From Eutreptiella sp. 'Long Island Sound 2002' (taxonomy: Eukaryota; Protista; Euglenida): a stretch of 64,000 nt of DNA. Numbering within the stretch: position 1 is the first letter of the stretch; each line of letters opens with the position of its first letter. The stretch is taken from positions 95,852,001 to 95,916,000 of the forward strand of contig OZ038378.1 in NCBI GenBank assembly GCA_964036045.1, in the 5' to 3' direction. A program made the position numbers and the translations under genes. This document shows, in pieces, positions 25,140-36,442 of this stretch. Below the pieces are notes generated by a model that was not told the DNA's origin, did not search any database, and saw nothing but the letters and a program-made list of their open reading frames with translations.

Positions 25140-25700
25140 AAATCCGCCAGTCCTTTCCATTGGACCGTCAACCATTGCGTCGTCCCCCCCGGTGACTTGT
25201 TGCGCATGCAAACGTGTTCTAGAAAGCGTGGTAGGCGCCGCACCACATGCAAATACTTTTAGCACCAACGGGGCCACCAGTTTGGATACGTTCTCCGCAC
25301 AAAATTGGCCCTTGAGGCTTCATAGTGTCATTTTTGTAGGGTTTTCGTTTGTTGTTTCACAAAATGGGTTGTGGTCCTTTGCTTTGGGTTGTGAACCATT
25401 GGTGTCGGTCCCCCGGTGACCTGCTACGTGGGGGAATGTTTTCCGCAAAGGCTGAGAGGCACCGCACGACATGCAAGAGACACGAAGACCAACAACGTCA
25501 CCACTTGGGAGACATTGTCGTCACAAAAGTGGTCCCTCGCCCTTCATAATGTCTTTTTTGCCCCGCTTTCACTTTTTTTTCCAAAAAAATGGGATTTGGT
25601 CCTTTCCGTTGGGCCGTGAACCATTTTGTCGGCCCTCCCATGAGCTGCTTGAGAAGCAAACATGTTCCAAGAAGGTTCAGAGGAGATTATTGGTGCAATG
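25140..25700. repeat. Diverged ~225-bp tandem repeat (~2.5 copies); mirror at ~37305-37865
   Basis: AACCATT landmarks at 25170, 25394 and 25619; shared CCGCAAAGG and GGTCCTTT motifs. Confidence 0.65.
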
Positions 25701-26561
25701 GCGGTCAGAGAGATTGACTTACTGGTCCTCACTTGCTGCAATGCACCAACTTAGAGCCAACATCTTCACGGATTTGCAGGCCATTAGGTCCCTTGCCATT
25801 GGTGAAACGCACATAGTTGGCGAATAGCATGATATTTGTAGGGTATGAGCTGTACGTGCCGAGGAACGTGGTGTTGCGTGGATTGCTTGTGCCTTATTGG
25901 GTGCATGCATTGTCCCACAATATCATGGAGCAGGGGCTGCTATGCAGCATGCTTAGCGATGATGTGGGCGTCCCTCCGGATGCTCCGCTTGCCGGCCTAC
26001 TGGCAGGCCGACCGGGAGAAGGTTCGCCCGTTCCAGGGGTGAGGCCCTCGGCGCCATGCGGCCACAACATGGTTTTAAACACCACTATTTCCCTCCCTCC
26101 TTTCCCCTCTATGTTTTCAAGTATTTCTCGTGCAGTCTGGAGTCTGATGTTGAGGTAGAAAAACGATCCCCTACTGGGGCGTTTGTAACCTATGGTAGCC
26201 CCTTTGTGGTGCAGCAAGACACGATGAGGCCGACAATTGCCCCCTAAAAGTGGGGTATTCCTCCACCATACCTCCTCACATTCTATTACTTTTAGGTACT
26301 AAAACATGTTCCCTATGCCAAAGGGACCCGTGGACACCGGCGCCGCCATATGGGCACGCGCCGTGCGCATTTCGTAAAATCCCACGACATCCTGAAGACA
26401 GCCCTTGTGTTCACGACAACCCCCCTGTTTTGGTTCAGGTGTCTTACGACACCCCCCTTTCTTGACACGTGTCGCGAACCCCTGTCCCAAGACAGCCCCC
26501 TGTGTGGGCAAGTGTCTGACAGCCCTGTCGCAAAGCACCATTTTGGATTTCATTCATCTCC

Positions 26562-27147
26562 TTAGGCCTTTTGTCGTCCGATGCGGCACTTCTTGTCCTT
26601 TGTGTCATGCAACGCATGCCACATCGGCAAGCCCACGTCAAGAGCATCAAGCTTCGGTACGTGGGTGAATGCCCGTGCACAAAAATAGGGGCGCAATATT
26701 TTATAACCTAGAAATGAAAGGCGGATGTGCATCTTGAACTCCACGTTCCGCCTTTCGGTGGGGATGGTAGAAAAAAAATAAAAAAAGGCGGTATTCAGCC
26801 GCAAACCACCCAGAATGGACACATGTCCACTGTACCCACACTGTGGGTTGCCATTGCAACGCACGCCAATCATTGGCAAACTGCCCCACAGCCCGCGTGT
26901 ACGACTCCACCTCCTTATTGGTCAAACCAATCTTGTTCGCCCAACACTTCTCCATATACCAGAGACTTAAGAGCATGCGCTGGATCACGGCATGCAGGCG
27001 GATGATTGTGGACGTATGGAAGCCTAGTATCTCCGTGGCTCATAAACAACCTATCTTCAATGGGGCCCCGCATTTGCCGCCACTGGGGCTCAGACCAACG
27101 GTCTACATTTACATAGCGGGGCCACGAGCCTGTGTCGTAGCTTTCGG
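26562..27147 (-). pseudogene. C-terminal fragment of a second RAG1/Transib-like transposase (family B)
   Basis: SGGKCGAPL…WRALQWQPTVWV(Q/H)WTCVHS…FSTIPTERRNVEFKMHIRLSF aligns with RAG1 YFHKTLAH…SEGNESGNKLFRR; one frameshift in a T/A run. Confidence 0.6.
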
Positions 27148-27429
27148 CTAATGACCCCGTGTGGAAATATCATATTATGATGCCGGAGGGACCAATGTTG
27201 TGAGTACTACATCTTTCAACAGGTGATGTCGTTGGTGTGGAATATTTTTTGTGGACGTCTTCCACAAGGGGATGCACATGGTCAACCTTCTCCACCTCAA
27301 TGTGTCATCAGAGTCAATTGCGGATAACGGCGCATGTGTGGTAGCCGATGCATCGTCAAATGCCTCAACACTTACAAACCAGCACCTAGACCTAGCATAC
27401 AACCACATCCGTCTGTGTGGGGGCGAGGG

Positions 27430-27790
27430 TTGGGTGCCCCTACCTCTCCTTCTCCTTATCCTTCTCCTTCCTCTCCTTCTCCACCTTCTCCTCCCACGGC
27501 ACAACCTTCTCCTTTTGTGCCTTCTCCTTCCGTTTCTTCTCCTGCCCTTCCTTCTCCCTCTCCTCTCGCGGCACACTGTTATCTTTTTGCTCCTATTTGC
27601 GCCTTCTACTCCTCCTTTTGCTCCTTCTCTCCCCTGTCCTTCTTTTTTTGCTTCTGCACCTTGTCCTCCCATGGCACAATCGTATCCTCCTAAGCCTTCT
27701 TCTACGCCTTCTTCTCCTTCTTCTCCTTCTCTTTCCTCATCTGCTTTTCCTTCTCCATCTCCGCCTCCCACGGCACAACCTTTCGTGGCA
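27430..27790. repeat. Pyrimidine-rich low-complexity tract with internal CCTCCCA(C/T)GGCACAA repeats; mirror at ~35230-35570
   Basis: (CTT/CCT)-rich; the motif recurs at ~27490, 27665 and 27764. Confidence 0.7.
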
Positions 27791-28429
27791 TTCTGTGGAT
27801 CTGTTTTGAAAAAGTAAGATAGGGGCTAAGGGGAGGGGGCTTAGGCAGCGTGCCGACCAACCCCCAACCGCCAACCGCCCGCATTTGTCCCCAAGCCACG
27901 GCGTGTTGGGCACAAGTGCCGCCCGCTCCTCACTACGCGTCACTCAATGACCTAGTGAAATGCGGAATCCGGACCTTCATGTTTGCAAAGGGGTGTGTTG
28001 GTGGTTGGCCAACGCAAGCCGGTCACACGCACACTCTGATCCCCGTAGACCTCCTTGATGAAGACAACAATGTGTCAGCGCTGGTTTTCTCCGATCAACA
28101 CAGGGTTTTTGAGCTTGAGCGGGTGTCGGGGGGTGGCCTTTGCTGGGGTAGGTGTTTCTTTGGTGAGTAATTTTGCTGATTTCGGTGGGGACAACGGGGG
28201 AGTGTTGGGCGGTGAAAAACAAAGCCTCATGTAGCGCATCAACGACCAGAACTGTCGCACGGCGATTAGGGAACAGGAGTGGTGAAAGTAGGGACAGTGG
28301 CACATCGGGCGGCATCCGGGGACATGATGCCCAACACGGACATGGGACCGAGGCAACATCAGTAAAAACTCTGTCGTCAGACCCTTGAGACGATGCATCA
28401 CCCTCCGCAGACCAAGATGAACAACGGGG

Positions 28430-28940
28430 GGAAAACACCCTACGGTCCTTTCCTTTGGGTCGTGACCCATTGTGTCATCACCCTTGTGGCATGCTGGTCC
28501 CTCGGTCTTCATAATATCATTTTGCCCTATTTGGACCTTTCTTTTTTGGAAAAATGGGTGGCGGTCCTTTGCGTCGGGTTGTGACCCTTGGGTTGTTCCT
28601 CCGACGAGCTCCTAAGCAAGCAAACGTGTTCCGCAAAGGCTAAGAGTGCGCCGCACAACATATAGAAGATTGGCAAACCAATCGTGTCACCAAGTCACGG
28701 ATGTAGTCCTCATAACATTTGGTCCCACCGCCGACAATTTGGCGATGACCCATTTTCCCCTACTCCTTTCTTCCAGAAATGAGCTGCGGTCACATTTCAA
28801 TTGGGCTGCAAACCATTGTGTTGCCGGCCTCGCACGATGATGGGCAAGCAGATGTGTTTCCGCAAAGGTTGAGAGGGGCGGCCTAACATGCAGAAGCAAC
28901 TAACACCATGGGTATTGCAAGGTCATAGATGTAGTCCTCG
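28430..28940. repeat. Second locus of the same ~229-bp repeat family; mirror at ~34075-34585
   Basis: CCGCAAAGG at 28631 and 28860; similar to 25140-25700. Confidence 0.6.
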
Positions 28941-30940
28941 GAACATTTGTCCTTTGAGAAGCCGCTGATTTATGCTACTTTCCTTTGGGGGTCACTTTGG
29001 GACGTGGCGATGGGGCAGGAGTCCTTGATCTCCGTGATCCTACAGACATGGGTGGTGGTGCGCGGAGGCTTGGCATCGGGACAGATAGCCCGCCACCCAA
29101 CATGGGGAACGCTAAGCACAAGGCGGATGCCTTGGATGCCGCCACTAAGGGGGGTGTTGACACATCACGCCCTAAAGACTCAGTTGAGCCGTATGAGCCA
29201 CAGGAGGAGCCATCTCAATTCCAATTTGAAATCCATGCGAAGCTATCAATGCCGCTTGGAAGGAAGTCCGCATCGTGGCGCTCGATGTGCCACAAATATC
29301 GGCGCCCGTGCCATGACCCTCTCTCCTAGGCACCAAGCTCCTTGGAGTCAGCGTCATCAGGCCGACAACCTTTGGTAGGACAGTCACCGCGGGTAGTATC
29401 ACACTTAGCATTAGGGTCCTCTGGGCGGAGGGCAGCACTGCTGAATTGCCGCACCTTTTTGTGCTTTGCTTGAGCGCCCTTGTCCGTCCATCATGAGTTT
29501 TGCCTCGCACCCAAAAAATGCGGCCTCCGTCTCCTCAAAAGGAATCAGCCCCCGTGTGCATAATCCCAGGCGGCAGCCCGCTTGTCAGTAACGGGAAAGC
29601 TAGGATGGTGCATCTCACGGTGCTACGGGATGTTGTGGCACCAATGCCACCCGCAACCATCGACGGGGCGTCCCCAAGGGAACGCTTACACGCACTGCTT
29701 CCTAGTTGCCTTCATGCTGAGTTTACAAAGCAGCCTGCTGCAACATACTGTCAGTTGTACTTGCAGTTCCACGCCCCTTACGTTACGCGTGCGAAGCACG
29801 CGGCCACAATCCTTGCAGAAATGGCAGCACGGGGCCTACAAATCGATGGTGTGCACTTGGCAATCAACTGGATACACATATGCCGTAATGGCATTGTCTT
29901 ACCGCACCCCGGCAATTGACATGTAACCTACCCCTGACCACGCCGCACTGTGGTCATAGCAGAGTCACACCGTCATAAGCAACCACCCTGCCCGCCGACA
30001 CCAATGCTGCCCCAGTCTTGGGCTCAACTGTGTGGCACACATGTTTTGGGGAATCGGGATCTAGCGCCCACAGCCCTGCTTCCACGTCCGGATTCACGAA
30101 TTCGCATGCCGCATACTCCACCTAGACCAAATTGCTTGTGGCCCCTCGCCACAATAGTTTACCGTCCCCCTCCCGCAATGTGCACCTTTGTGGCATTGCA
30201 AACAAAAAGGCCACCTCCGTGGACAACTCTTGGTGTGAGGGGTCCGTAAAGCTAGCTCCCGCAAGACGAGTAGATGACAAGGTCAGCAAGAAGGGTTCAT
30301 CCTGGGCCGGCTTCCCGGGAGAGTTAACAATGGAGACAAAGGGCAAGCCTTTTCACAATTCACCAAGGGAAACGGATGGTAGCGGCGCGGACCGTATGGG
30401 AGGGATCCTTGCCATTCAAGTAAGACAATCTGCGGACTGCTTGGCGTGGTTCCCGCTGATATGCACATTACGAGCACTGACAATGTGGATGTTCCGTGCC
30501 CTAAAGCTAATACGCCCCGCCCCCTCGGGCGTCCCCAAAAAGCTCAACATGCCTATCATGTGTCTCGCCCCCCCCCCCCCCCCCACCGACTGTTACTATG
30601 AACGGACCACACATAGTCCGGGTCCCCGTAGGCTCTAGCATATTGCATCCCGCAAAATTGGGCTAAGCCGCTTCTGGCCACCATCTGGCAACTACTGCGA
30701 GAGCTAAATGAGCCGCCCGCTGCAAGACACATAGCACATCGACACGGGAGTTCTCCGTGTCGGTAGTCTAGTGCCAAGGGCGTTGCCGGTCCACTAATGT
30801 GAAACCTACTGCTTCAGCTGCCAAGTAGGGTGAAGCGCATATTTGGTGGCGAGAACAAGTGCTGCCGACGGCCAAATAGCTAACTGCGCAACAGGGCAAT
30901 GGGGGTCAACTGCTATTTTGCGGACATGGGAAGACCCGCC

Positions 30941-32074
30941 AAAATGACTGATTTTTGGCCCTCTTGGTCAACAAAAAGTATAATTGAAAAGACATTTGTT
31001 GGTGACCCCCAAAGGTTTTTTCGCAAATATCTGCTATCCCCAACCAACTTGCATTGTGTAAATTAACATGTCAGATAGCAAGCGTTGTTGCCCGTAAAAA
31101 GCCGATTTTCTATAATTGGAGGTGGTTCTAAGGCAAAATGATCGATGTTGGGCCATCTTTGCAGACAAAACGTATTATTGCAGCGGCACTTACTGGCGAT
31201 TCACAAAGCACTTTTCGCAAATCTCTGCTAACACCAACCAACTTGCATTGTGTAACTTCACATTTCACGTTGTAAGTGTTGTTGCCCCTAAAAAGCCGAT
31301 TCCTAATTTTGCCGGACAACCACGTAAAACCATACAAAATCCGCTTTTCAAGGGGAACAATGCTTACAATCCGAAATGTAAAGTTACACAACGCAAGTTG
31401 GTTGGTAATCGCAGGGTTTTGCGATACCCTGCTATTACCAACCAACTTGCGTTGTGTAACTTTACATTTCGGATTGTAAGCATTGTTGCCTTTGAAAAGC
31501 GGATTCCGTATGGTTTTACGTGGTTGTCCGGCAAAATGACCGATTTTTGGCCCTCTTTGTAGACAAAAAGTGTTGTTCCCCGACACCTATTGGTGATTCC
31601 CAAAGCACTTTTTGCAAATCTCTGCTAACACCGACCAAGTTGCATTATGTAACTTTACAATTTAGATTGTAAGCGTTGTTGCACTTGAAAAGCCGATTTT
31701 CTATCGTTTTAGGAATCGGCTTTTTAGGGGCAACAACACTTACAACGTGAAATGTGAAGTTACACAATGCAATTTGGTTGGTGTTAGCAGAGATTTGCGA
31801 AAAGTGCTTTGTGAATCGCCAGTAAGTGCCGCTGCACTAATACGTTTTGTCTACAAAGATGGCCCAACATCGATCATTTTGCCTTGGAACCACCTCCAAT
31901 TATAGAAAATCGGCCTTTTACAGGCAACAACGCTTGCTATCCGACATGTTAATTTACACAATGCAATTTGGTTCGGGATAGCAGATATTTGCGAAAAAAC
32001 CTTTGGGGGTCACCAACAAATGTCTTTTCAATTATACTTTTTGTTCACCAAGAGGGCCAAAAATCAGTCATTTT
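30941..32074. repeat. AT-rich ~194-bp tandem repeat at the palindrome centre, switching orientation three times
   Basis: Units start with AAAATGA at 30941, 31135 and 31533, with reversed units at ~31306-31417 and 31709-32074. Confidence 0.85.
31306..31537. other. Nested near-perfect 232-bp hairpin (~112-bp arms, 8-nt loop at 31418-31425)
   Basis: ATTTTGCCGGACAACC…GCAGGGT / TTTGCGAT / ACCCTGC…GGTTGTCCGGCAAAAT, with about 5 mismatches. Confidence 0.92.
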
Positions 32075-32248
32075 GGCGGGTCTTCCCATGTCCGCAAAAT
32101 AGTAGTTGACCCCAATTGCCCTGTTGTGCAGTTAGCTATTTGGCCGTCGGCAGCACTTGTTCTCGCCACCAAATATGCGCTTCACCCTACTTGGCAGCTG
32201 AAGCAGTAGGTTTCACATTAGTGGACCCGCCACGCCCTTGGCACTAGA

Positions 32249-35200
32249 CTACCGACACGGAGAACTCCTGTGTCGATCTGCTATCTGTCTTGCAGCGGGC
32301 GGCTCATTCAGCTCTCGCAGTAGTTGCCAGATGGTGGCCAGAAGCGGCTTAGCCCAATTTTGCGGGGTGCAATATGCTAGAGCCATTCGGGGACCCGGAC
32401 TATGTGTGGTCCGTTCATAGTAACAGTCGGTGGGGGGGGGGGGGGCGAGACACATGATAGGCATGTTGAGCTTTTTGGGGACGCCCGAGGGGGCGGGGCG
32501 TATTAGCTTCAGGGCACGGAACATCCACATTGTCAGTGCTCGTAATGTGCATATCAGCGGGAACCACGTCAAGCAGTCCGCAGATTGTCTTACTTGAATG
32601 GCAAGGATCCCTCCCATACGGTCCGCGCCGCTACCATCCGTTTCCCTTGGTGAATTGTGAAAAGGCTTGCCCTTTGTCTCCATTGTTAACTCTCCCGGGA
32701 AGCCGGCCCAGGATGAACCCTTCTTGCTGACCTTGTCATCTACTCGTCTTGCGGGAGCTAGCTTTACGGACCCCTCACACCAAGAGTCGTCCACGGAGGT
32801 GGCCTTTTTGTTTGCAATGCCACAAAGGTGCACATTGCAGGAGGGGGACGGTAAACTTTTGTGGCAAGGGGCCACAAGGAATTTGGTCTAGGTGGAGTAT
32901 GCGGCAAGCGAATTCGTGAATCCGGACGTGGAAGCAGGGCTGTGGGCGCTAGATCCCGATTCCCCAAAACATGTGTGCCACACAGTTGAGCCCAAGACTG
33001 GGGCAGCATTGGTGTCGGCGGGCAGGGTGGTTGCTTATGACGGTGTGACTCTGCTATGACCACAGTGCGGCGTGGTCAGGGGTAGGTTACATGTCAATTG
33101 CCGGGGTGCGGTAAGACAATGCCATTACGGCATATGTGTATCCAGTTGATTGCCAAGTTCACACCATCGATTTGTAGGCCCCGTGCTGCCATTTCTGCAA
33201 GGATTGTGGCCGCGTGCTTCGCACGCGTAACGTAAGGGGCGTGGAACTGCAAGTACAACTAACAGTATGTTGCAGCAGGCTGCTTGATAAACTTAGCATG
33301 AAGGCAACTAGGAAGCAGTGCGTGTAAGCGTTCCCTTGGGGACGCCCCGTCGATGGTTGCGGGTGGCATTGGTGCCACAACATCCCGTAGCACCGTGAGA
33401 TGCACCATCCTAGCTTTTTTCGTTACTGACGAGCGGGCTGCCGCTTGGGATTATGCACACGGGGGCTGATTCCTTTTGAGGAGACGGAGGCCGCATTTTT
33501 TGGGTGCGAGGCAAAACTCATGATGGACGGACAAGGGCGCTCAAGCAAGGCACAAAAAGGTGCGGCAATTCAGCAGTGCTGCCCTCCGCCCAGAGGACCC
33601 TAATGCTAAGTGTGATACTACCCGCGGTGAGTGTGCTACCCAAGGTTGTCGGCCTGATGAGGATGACTCCAAGGAGCTTGGTGCCTAGGAGAGAGGGTCA
33701 TGGCACGGGCGCCGATATTTGTGGCAGATCGAGCGCCACGATGCGGACTTTCTTCCAAGCGGCATTGATAGCTTCGCATGGATTTCAAATTGGAATTAAG
33801 ATGGCTCCTCCTGTGGCTCATACGGCTGAGCTGACTCTTTAGGGCGTGATGTGTCAACACCCCCCTTAGTGGCGGCATCCAAGGCATCCGCCTTGTGCTT
33901 AGCGTTCCCCATGTTGGGTGGCGGGCTATCTTTCCCGATGCCAAGCCTCCGCGCACCACCACCTATGTCGGTAGGATCACGGAGATCAAGGACTCCTGCC
34001 CCATCGCCACGTCCCAAAGTGACCCCCAAAGGAAAGTAGCATAAATCCGCGGCTTCTCAAAGGACAAATGTTCCGAGAACTACATCTATGACCTTGCAAT
34101 ACCCATGGTGTTAGTTGCTTCTGCATGTTAGGCCGCCCCTCTCAACCTTTGCGGAAACACATCCGCTTGCCCATCATCGTGCGAGGCCGGCAACACAATG
34201 GTTTGCAGCCCAATTGAAATGTGACCGCAGCTCATTTCTGGAAGAAAGGAGTAGGGGAAAATGGGTCATCGCCAAACTGTCGGCGGTGGGACCAAATGTT
34301 ATGAGGACTACATCCGTGACTTGGTGACACGATTGGTTTGCCAATCTTCTATATGTTGTGCGGCGCACTCTTAGCCTTTGCGGAACACGTTTGCTTGCTT
34401 AGGAGCTCGTCGGAGGAACAACCCAAGGGTCACAACCCAACGCAAAGGACCGCCACCCATTTTTCCAAAAAAGAAAGGTCCAAATAGGGCAAAATGATAT
34501 TATGAAGCCCGAGGGAGTAGCATGCCACAAGGGTGATGACACAATGGGTCACGACCCAAAGGAAAGGACCGTAGGGTGTTTTCCCCCCGTTGTTCATCTT
34601 GGTCTGCGGAGGGTGATGCATCGTCTCAAGGGTCTGACGACAGAGTTTTTACTGATGTTGCCTCGGTCCCATGTCCGTGTTGGGCATCATGTCCCCGGAT
34701 GCCGCCCGATGTGCCACTGTCCCTACTTTCACCACTCCTGTTCCCTAATCGCCGTGCGACAGTTCTGGTCGTTGATGCGCTACATGAGGCTTTGTTTTTC
34801 ACCGCCCAACACTCCCCCGTTGTCCCCACCGCAATCACCAAAATTACTCACCAAAGAAACACCTACCCCAGCAAAGGCCACCCCCCGACACCCGCTCACG
34901 CTCAAAAACCCTGTGTTGATCAGAGAAAACCAAGGCTGACACGTTGTTGTCTTCATCAAGGAGGTCTACGGGGATCAGAGTGTGCGTGTGACCGGCTTGC
35001 GTTGGCCAACCACCAACACACCCCTTTGCAAACATGAAGGTCCGGATTCCGCATTTCACTAGGTCATTGAGTGACGCGCAGTGAGGAGCGGGCGGCACTT
35101 GTGCCCAACACGCCCTGGCTTGGGGACAAATGCGGGCCGTTGGCAGCTGGGGGTTGGTCAGCACGCTGCCTAAGCCCCCTCCCCTTAGCCCCTTTCTTAC

Positions 35201-35753
35201 TTTTTCAAATCAGATCCACGGAATGCCACGAAAGGTTGTGCCGTGGGAGACGGAGATGGAGAAGGAAAAGCAGAGGAGGAAAGAGAAGGAGAAGAAGCAG
35301 AAGAAGGCGTAGAAGAAGGCTTAGGAGGATACGATTGTGCCATGGCAGGACAAGGTGCAGAAGCAAAAAAAGAAGGACGAGCGAGAGAAGGGGCAAAAAG
35401 AGGAGTAGAAGGCGCAAATAGGTACCACTGTGCCGCGAGAGGAGAGGGAGAAGGAAGAGCAGGAGAAGAAACAGAAGGAGAAGGCACAAAAGGAGAAGGC
35501 CGTGCCGTGGGAGGAGAAGGTAGAGAAGGAGAGGAAGGAGAAGGAGAAGGAGAAGGTGAGGTAGGGGCACCCAACCCTCGCCCCCACACGGACGGATGTG
35601 GTTGTATGCTAGGTCTAGGTGCTGGTTTGTAAGTGTTGAGGCATTTGACGATGCATCGGCTACCACACATGCGCCGTTATCTGCAATTGACTCCGATGAC
35701 ACATTGAGGTGGAGAAAGTTGACCATGTGCATTCCCTTGCGGAAGACGTCCAC
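32249..35753 (-). pseudogene. RPA70-like gene, mirror copy
   Basis: ORFs 34844-35164 and 32249-32875 carry the same OB-like motifs. Confidence 0.5.
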
Positions 35754-35856
35754 AAAAAATATTCCACACCAACGACATCACCTGTTGAAAGATGTAGTAC
35801 TCACAACATTGGTCCCTCCGGCATCATAATATGATATTTCCACACGCGGTCATTAG

Positions 35857-36442
35857 CCGAAAGCTACGACACAGGCTCGTGGCCCCGCCCTGTAAATGTA
35901 GACCGTTGGTCTGAGCCCCAGTGGCGGCAAGTGCGGGGCCCCATTGAAGATAGGTTGTTTATGAGCCACGGAGATGCTAGGCTTCCATACGTCCACAATC
36001 ATCCGCCTGCATGCCGTGATCTAGCGCATGCTCTTAAGTCTCTGGTATATGGAGAAGTGTTGGGCGAACAAGATTGGTTTGACCAATAAGGAGGTGGAGT
36101 CATACAGGCGGGCTGTGGGGCAGTTTGCCAATGATTGGCGTGCGTTGCATTGGCAACCCACAGTGTGGGTACACTGGACATGTGTCCATTCTGGGAGGTT
36201 TGCGGCTGAATACCGCATTTTTTAATTTTTTTTCTACCATCCCCACCGAAAGGCGGAACGTGGAGTTCAAGATGCACATCCGCCTTTCATTTCTAGGTTA
36301 TAAAATATTGCGCCCCTATTTTTGTGCACGGGCATTTACCCACGTACTGAAGCTTGATGCTCTTGACGTGGGCTTGCCGATGTGGCATGCGTTGCATGAC
36401 ACAAAGGACAAGAAGTGCCGCATCGGACGACGAAAGGCCTAA
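35857..36442 (+). pseudogene. Family B transposase fragment, mirror copy
   Basis: H-x4-H intact (CAC 36172, CAT 36187); putative catalytic E at 36248; frameshift near 36220. Confidence 0.6.

Larger units (their letters stand above)
27250..30760 (+). pseudogene. RPA70-like multi-OB-fold ssDNA-binding protein gene with a P/S-rich N-terminal linker
   Basis: OB1 at ~27935-28200, ASLNDLVKCGIRTFMFAKGCVGGWPTQAGHTHTLIPVDLLDEDNNVSALVFSDQ, aligns with remembered RPA70 ASL…[40 protein letters not shown]. OB2 at ~30170-30460, NVHLCGI…TKG…CLAWF, aligns with VDIIGI…IKG…LRGWF at matching spacing. Stops and frameshifts lie between them. Confidence 0.5.
9622..31306 (+). repeat. Left arm of giant inverted repeat (~21.7 kb)
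   Basis: Reverse complement of 31709-53276. Mirrored ORF pairs have near-constant coordinate sums (~63000-63015 inner, ~62875-62900 outer), e.g. 29950/33063, 27850/35164, 22337/40663, 11308/51568. Confidence 0.97.

Noticed and set aside
27800-28400. Tyrosine recombinase on the minus strand (FWSLMRYxEAL…GAGGT…RAVGGW; mirror 34600-35200)
   Set aside because: It needs a frameshift and stops at the key motifs, whereas the opposite strand gives an uninterrupted, better RPA70-like match in both arms. Not fully excluded without a profile search.
30360-30420. DIRS-type RNase H motif (ETDGSG…GG)
   Set aside because: No reverse-transcriptase motifs nearby; the segment fits the OB-fold alignment better.
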